DNA from: the human T2T-CHM13v2.0 reference genome, Homo sapiens
Strand: one strand, 5' to 3'
Assembly: GCF_009914755.1 (NCBI RefSeq)
Contig: NC_060927.1
DNA: 64,000 nt
The translations under genes were made by a program, and so were the position numbers. This document shows positions 50,799-64,000 of this stretch, in pieces. The notes under the pieces are model-generated. The model ran no database searches. It was not told the DNA's origin and saw only the letters and a list, made by a program, of their open reading frames with translations. Position 1 is the first letter of the stretch. Each line of letters starts with the position of its first letter.

Positions 50799-51150
50799 TA
50801 GCCGGGCGGTAGTGGCGTGTGCCTGTAATCCCAGCTACTCCGGAGGCTGAGGCACGATGATTGCTTGAACCCAGGAGATGGAGGTTGTGGTGAGCGGGGA
50901 TGGTGCCACTGCCCTCCAGCCTGCCAATAAAGCGAGACTCCGTCTAAAAAAAAAAAAAAAAAACACAAAACTTTTAAGAATCAACTATACATTGGTATTG
51001 CTGAAACTATTTTGTTTAGAGAAACAAAAGTGAAGAAAGCACAGTCTTAGGCCTAAACATGGAAAATGCATAAATCAAAGATGTATTTGGAATACATAGG
51101 CCAAAATTGTTCTTTTTTTATCCTCCTTTCACTTGAACATCTAGGTCCTA

Positions 51151-51520
<370 letters not shown>

Positions 51521-52046
51521 TCAGAATAGTATTGTTTTTTAGAAACATTTCAATGCTCAATACTTATTATAACAGCTAACACTTGTATCACCTTTTATAA
51601 AGTGCAAAGGATTTCCATAAAACTCATTTGTTGATCTTCACAATAACTCTGTGATATAGTTATCATGATTCCCATTTAGCACGGAAGTATAGTGAGCTTC
51701 AAGGTAATTAAGTGCCTCGGGTGACTGCTAGCATGTACAAGAAATGGAGTTCTAATTTAAGGTTGCCATCTCCAAAGCCAAGTTTTCTTCACTACATCAT
51801 TCAGCAAGCCACTATGCAAAACATTAAAGGGGACAAGGTATGATGAAAGACCACTCTCAAGAAACTTACCGGCCAGGCACGGTGACTCACGCCTGTCATC
51901 CCAACACTTTGGGAGGCAGAGGCAGGTGGATCACCTGAGGTCAGGAGTTTTAAGACCGGCCTGGCCAACATGGTGAAACCCCGTCTCTACAAAAATACAA
52001 AAATTAGCCGGGCACAATGGTGGGTGCCTGTAATCCCAGCTACTCA

Positions 52047-52202
<156 letters not shown>

Positions 52203-52518
52203 TTACCTCTATCATTTCCTAGGGGAAAAAAATGTATATGGTATGCTAGCAGGATGGATTTTCTCAAGTTTTGCAAGAACCATGACCTTGGAAAAGTACA
52301 AAGATCCTGTTTTATTTTAGAAAAATCCCTCTAGCTTTGTGAAGGATGGACTGGGGGAAAGTGTAACTGGGGAGAGGATCAGTTGGGAAACTGTGCATTA
52401 ATCCTTATAGAAATGATAAGGGTGGGCCAGGCGCGGTGGCTCACGCCTGTAATCCCAGCACTTTGGGAGGCCGAGGCAGGCGGATCATGAGGTCAGGAGA
52501 TTGAGACCATCCTGGCTA

Positions 52519-52892
<374 letters not shown>

Positions 52893-52907
52893 GGTCTGGT
52901 CTCTTGA

Positions 52908-53866
<959 letters not shown>

Positions 53867-55700
53867 TGACCACCCTACACTGGGTTCTTTCAGAGTACTT
53901 AATAGAGCACACATACTGTCGATGCCTCAGTTGGACCACGATTGCTCTCATAGGATCTAATGTGATGAGACAAAAAGTCCAACAGACTTAGATTTTAACG
54001 CTGAGCTCACTCCTTTACCAAATGAGCCACGTTGAGCAAGTAATTTAATTGCTTCAAGTTTCTTGGGGTTTTTCTGTTTTTTGTGGTTTTTTGTTTTTTT
54101 TTTTTTGAGACAGAGTCTCACTCTGTTGCTTAGGCTAGAGTGGTGTCACAATCTCAGCTTACTGCAACTTCTGCCTCCTGGGGTCAAGCAATTCTCCTGT
54201 CTCAGCCCCCCGAGTAAGCTGGGACTACAGGTGCCTGCCACCATGCCCAGCTAATTTTTGTATTTTTAGTAGAGATGGGGTTTCACCTTGTCAGTCAGTC
54301 TGGTCTCGAACTCCTGACCTCAGGTGATCCATCCACCTTGGCCTCCCAAAGTACTGGGATTACAGGCGTGAGCCACCATGCCCAGCCCAAGTTTTATTTT
54401 ATAATGTAAAGAAAAAAGGGGATGATAATACCTCACAAGATTGTTGTAAAGTCTAAAAAAGTCTAATGTAAAGTCTTAAAAAGTCCTCTTTTTCTTTTTT
54501 TCATTTAATTTTTTTTAGAGATAATCTTGCTATGCTGCCCAGGCTGGCTGGAGTGCAGTGGCTTCTCACAGGTATGAACATAGCTCATTGTAGCCTTGAA
54601 TTCCTGGGGCTCAAGTGATCTTCCTGCTTCAGCCTCCTGAACAGCTGGAACTACAGGCACTGACCACCATGCACCTTTTTTTTTTTTAACTTTTTATCGA
54701 GGTCCTCTTTCATCTAGATTTTCTCAATAACTATGATTGAATATGCATAATAATCAGTTTTAAATGCTTGTTGAGAGAATGAAGACTTGAATGTTTGGTT
54801 GAATAAGACAAAATTTCAGTATAGCCTGTAAATTTGAATGACATATAGATAGACTTGCTTTCTCTTTAATACTCTAAAATCAAATACTTTTTTTGGGGGG
54901 GGGACAGATTCTCACTCTGTCACCCAGGCTAGAGTGCAGTGGCCGAATCTGGATCTCGGCCTTGGCTCACTGCAAGCTCCACCTCCCAGGTTCAAGCAAT
55001 TCTTGTGCCTCAGCCTCCCGAGTAGCTGGGATTACAGGTGCATGCTACCACACCTGGCTATTTTTTTGTATTTGTAGTAGAGATGGGGTTTCACCATATT
55101 GGCCATGCTGGTCTCAAACTCCTGACCTCAAGCCGTCTACCTGCCTCAGCCTCCCACAATGCTGGAATTGCAGGCGTGAGCCACCACGCCCGACTCCAAA
55201 TACTTTTACTAAACCAATTTTTTTTCCTTTTTCTTTCTTTTTTTTTTTTTTTTTTGAGACAGAGTGTCGCTCTGTCACACAGGCTGGAGTGCAGCGATGT
55301 GATCGTGGCTCACTGAAACCTCTGCCTCCCGGATTCAGGCAATTCTTGTGCCTCAGCCTCCCGAGTAGCTAGGGTTACAGGCTCACACCACCACACCTGG
55401 CTAATTTTTTGTGCTTTCAGTAGAGATAGGGTTTCACTATGTTGGCCAGGCTGATCTTGAGCTCCTGACCTCAGGTGATCTGCCTGCCTGCCTCAGCCTC
55501 CCAAAGTGCTGGGATTACAGGCATGAGCCACTGCACCTGGCCATAAAGCAAATTTTATTGAAACTGAAAACATATTCCCTAGCCTTGCTACCTCTCACCT
55601 ACTTTTGCAATAGATCATTATGTTAATCATATGCTTGGCGAGGCGCAGTGGCTCACTCCTGTAATTCCCAGCAGTTTGGGAGGCCGACATGGGCAGATTA

Positions 55701-56171
<471 letters not shown>

Positions 56172-56354
56172 TCACTACAAGTGTGCAGATGCTCAATAAA
56201 CACTTGAGGATGCTGTACACTCTCATTTCCATTCTGCTTTTATGCTTAGTTTCTGCTTAGCATTGTGGCAGCTTAGAAGCACTGTTGTAAAGCAGGGCTT
56301 TCGAATCAGACAAACTAAGACTTGAATCCTGGCTCTACCATGCACCAGCTCTGT

Positions 56355-57050
56355 GACCTCTTACAATCCTATCAGCTCCATCTTCAAAGTATAACCGCAT
56401 CTCTGGCCACACCACTGTGAACATGCATGAATTCCTCAAAACACGTATCAAATCTGACATTTCTTGTCACCTCCACCATTATCAGCCTAAGTCAAGACAC
56501 AGATTTTTTCCTGGACCACAGCAATAGGCTTCTGACAGGTCACCTGGCCTCTGTTCTTGTTCCTCTACAGTCTATTCTGCATACAGTACCTTAAGGAAGA
56601 AATGTAAACCAGAGTGTCACTGTTCTCTCAAATCCCCCAGTGGCTTCCTGTCTCACCAATATGGCCCTGAGTGATTTTCCCTTGCTCTGTTGGCTGCAGC
56701 CTCACTGGCCTCCTTATTTCCCCCCTTAGCACTTGCTACTTCCCCAGCCAGGGATGCCTTTCACACTGACCTCACTTCCTTATTCCATCCAGACCTCTGT
56801 TCAGACATCTCCTCAGAGAGCGCTCCTTGACCACCCAACCTAATATGGCCCTCTCATCACTTTTCTTCCCTTATCCCACTAACTTTTCTTCATAGCACTT
56901 CAATGCAACAGACATTATGTACATACTTACTTGTTTATTTATTTACTATTCCCACCAACCTCCAGGTTGTAAGCTCCACATTTTGCTCACTGTGATATTC
57001 CTAGTTCTTAAAACATTAAGTGCTCAAAAATTATGCATTGAATGAATGAA
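56355..57050 (+). mobile_element. L2 3' fragment
   Basis: CCTACAGTCTATTCT..CCAGTGGCTTCC..CTCCTCAGAGAG..CTTGACCACCC..CTTCATAGCACTT..TGTAAGCTCCA..; ends GTGCTCAA..TTGAATGAATGAA. Confidence 0.7.
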
Positions 57051-57543
57051 ACTCCTTAACCTCTCTAATCCCCACTTTGCTAATCTAAAAAATGAGAATA
57101 ATATTTACCACAAAGTTATTGTGAAATTAAACAAAAAATGAAATAATGTATATAAATAGAACATTAAAAATGCTCAATAAGTGTAGCTGTTATTGTTCAC
57201 TTTTTGTTGTTTTGCCACATATTATTATGCTAAACTAAAGCAAAATAATCCTTCTATCCTATTTCCAAAGGACATATTCTTTAATTATGAGGCAATCCCT
57301 AGTTTTGAAAGTTAGCATTATACATTTCTTTAATTTGCATATGCTATATTTTAAAATATTGGGCTTCTGTAACTGAGAATAGATTTTTGCTTGTATACTT
57401 CTAATGTATTAAAATAAAAATTTTGGCCAGGCACAGTGGCTCATGCCTGTAATCCCAGCACTTTGGCAGGTCGAGGCGGGTGGATCACGAGATCAGGAGT
57501 TCGAGACCAGTCTGGCCAACAGAGTGAAACCCCATCTCTACTA

Positions 57544-57749
<206 letters not shown>

Positions 57750-58065
57750 TCACAGTAGTCCCAGCTACTCAGAAGGCTGAGGTGGGAGGATCATTCAAAC
57801 CCAGAAATTCAAGGTTGTAGGAGCCATGATCGTGCCATTGCACTCAAGCCCGGACGAAAGAGCAAGACCCTACTATCTCAAAAATAAGTAAATAAATATT
57901 AAAAATATAAAGCTTTATATCAGTGTCATGTCAAATCTTTTTTTTTGTTAACTCGGTTTTTTGGCCTCCAAAAGTGCTGGCATTACAAACATGAGCCCCT
58001 ACACCCAGCCCAGAATAAGCATTCTAAAGACCTCTTATTGTTGTAATTGTAGAATTATTCAAGGG

Positions 58066-62934
<4,869 letters not shown>

Positions 62935-63051
62935 CTTACAGAGTCTTTATTTTTTTACTCAGAAGCATTTCCTCTGCTTCCAACTGCCTTCATACTTCAG
63001 TCATTGAATTTCTCGTAAGCTAGGCCTTTTCACTACTCTGCCTTTATGTTA

Positions 63052-63408
<357 letters not shown>

Positions 63409-63513
63409 GAAGAGATGCAGGGGAGAAAGAGAAGGCTACATTTGTTGAATATGTATTGGATGCTCCACATACAATATCCCATCTAATTTGCACAGTAATT
63501 CCATGAAGTACGT

Positions 63514-64000
63514 ATACTAGCCACCCCTTATCAAAGGTTTCCCTTTCAGCAGTTTCAGTTACCTACAGTCAACCACAGTCCAAAAATATTAAATGGAAAA
63601 TGGCAGAAATAAGCAATTCGTACATTGCCCACCATTCTGAGTAGTGTGATGAAATCTCATGCTATCCTGTTCTGACCCACCCAGAAACTGAATCATCCCT
63701 TTGTCCAGCATATCCACCTGCCTACACTACCTCCCTATGAGTCATTTGCCATCTGGGTTAGATAGGCTGTTGAGGTTCCCCAATGCTTGTGTTTCAAATC
63801 ACTCTTATTTTACTTAATAATGGTCCCAAAGCACAATGGTAGTGATGCTGGCAATTCAGATATGCCAAAGAGAAGGCGCAAAATGCTTTCCTTAAGTGAA
63901 AAGGTGGAAGTTCTTGACCTAATAAGGAAAAACACAATCATATGCTGAGGTTGCTAAGATCTATGGTAAGAATGAATCTTCTATCTGCAAAATTGTGTTG
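63514..64000 (+). mobile_element. Tigger7/MER44 5' portion with decayed transposase start
   Basis: CCCCTTATC..TTTCAGTTACC..GTCAACC..CCAAAAATATTAAATGGAAAA; an ATG near 63830 gives MVPKHNGSDAGNSDMPKRRRKMLSLSEKVEVLDLIRK (CENP-B-type HTH start) followed by an early stop. Confidence 0.85.

Noticed and set aside
63830-63960. Domesticated Tigger transposase gene
   Set aside because: The frame ends after about 40 codons and the CpGs have decayed, as expected for a neutral relic.

Overview
Primate (very likely human) genomic DNA. It is extremely Alu-rich: by my hand count roughly 75-80 Alu copies or fragments make up about a third of the window. The minus strand carries the 5' half of PHC3 (polyhomeotic homolog 3, a canonical PRC1 subunit). 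Its CpG-island promoter lies at ~47.7-48.5 kb, and coding exons 1-7 (48386-48399, 45457-45622, 39240-39395, 38056-38133, 15760-15918, 12097-12195, 3093-3339) splice through GT-AG junctions into a continuous 306-codon Ser/Thr/Gln-rich N-terminus (MAEAEFKDHSTAMDTEP...HQLIAP). The rest of the gene lies left of base 1. Sequence beyond ~48.6 kb is intergenic and mostly repeats (Alus, an Alu-interrupted internal L1 fragment, L2, Tigger7). Almost all ORFs in the supplied track are Alu or L1 artefacts. I see no new multi-gene system. The most interesting unexplained signals are: a 68-aa overlapping upstream ORF running exon 1 to exon 3; a candidate 12-nt in-frame microexon in intron 7 whose upstream branch region was displaced by an Alu; a near-perfect 48-bp non-transposon hairpin with a template-switch signature; an old U6/L1 chimeric retrocopy; exon junctions that regenerate 5' splice sites; a stop-free 258-nt exon 5-6 circle; candidate intronic polyadenylation and poison-exon events; and a young AluYd8. 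Repeat family names come from my recall of consensus sequences, and repeat boundaries are approximate.
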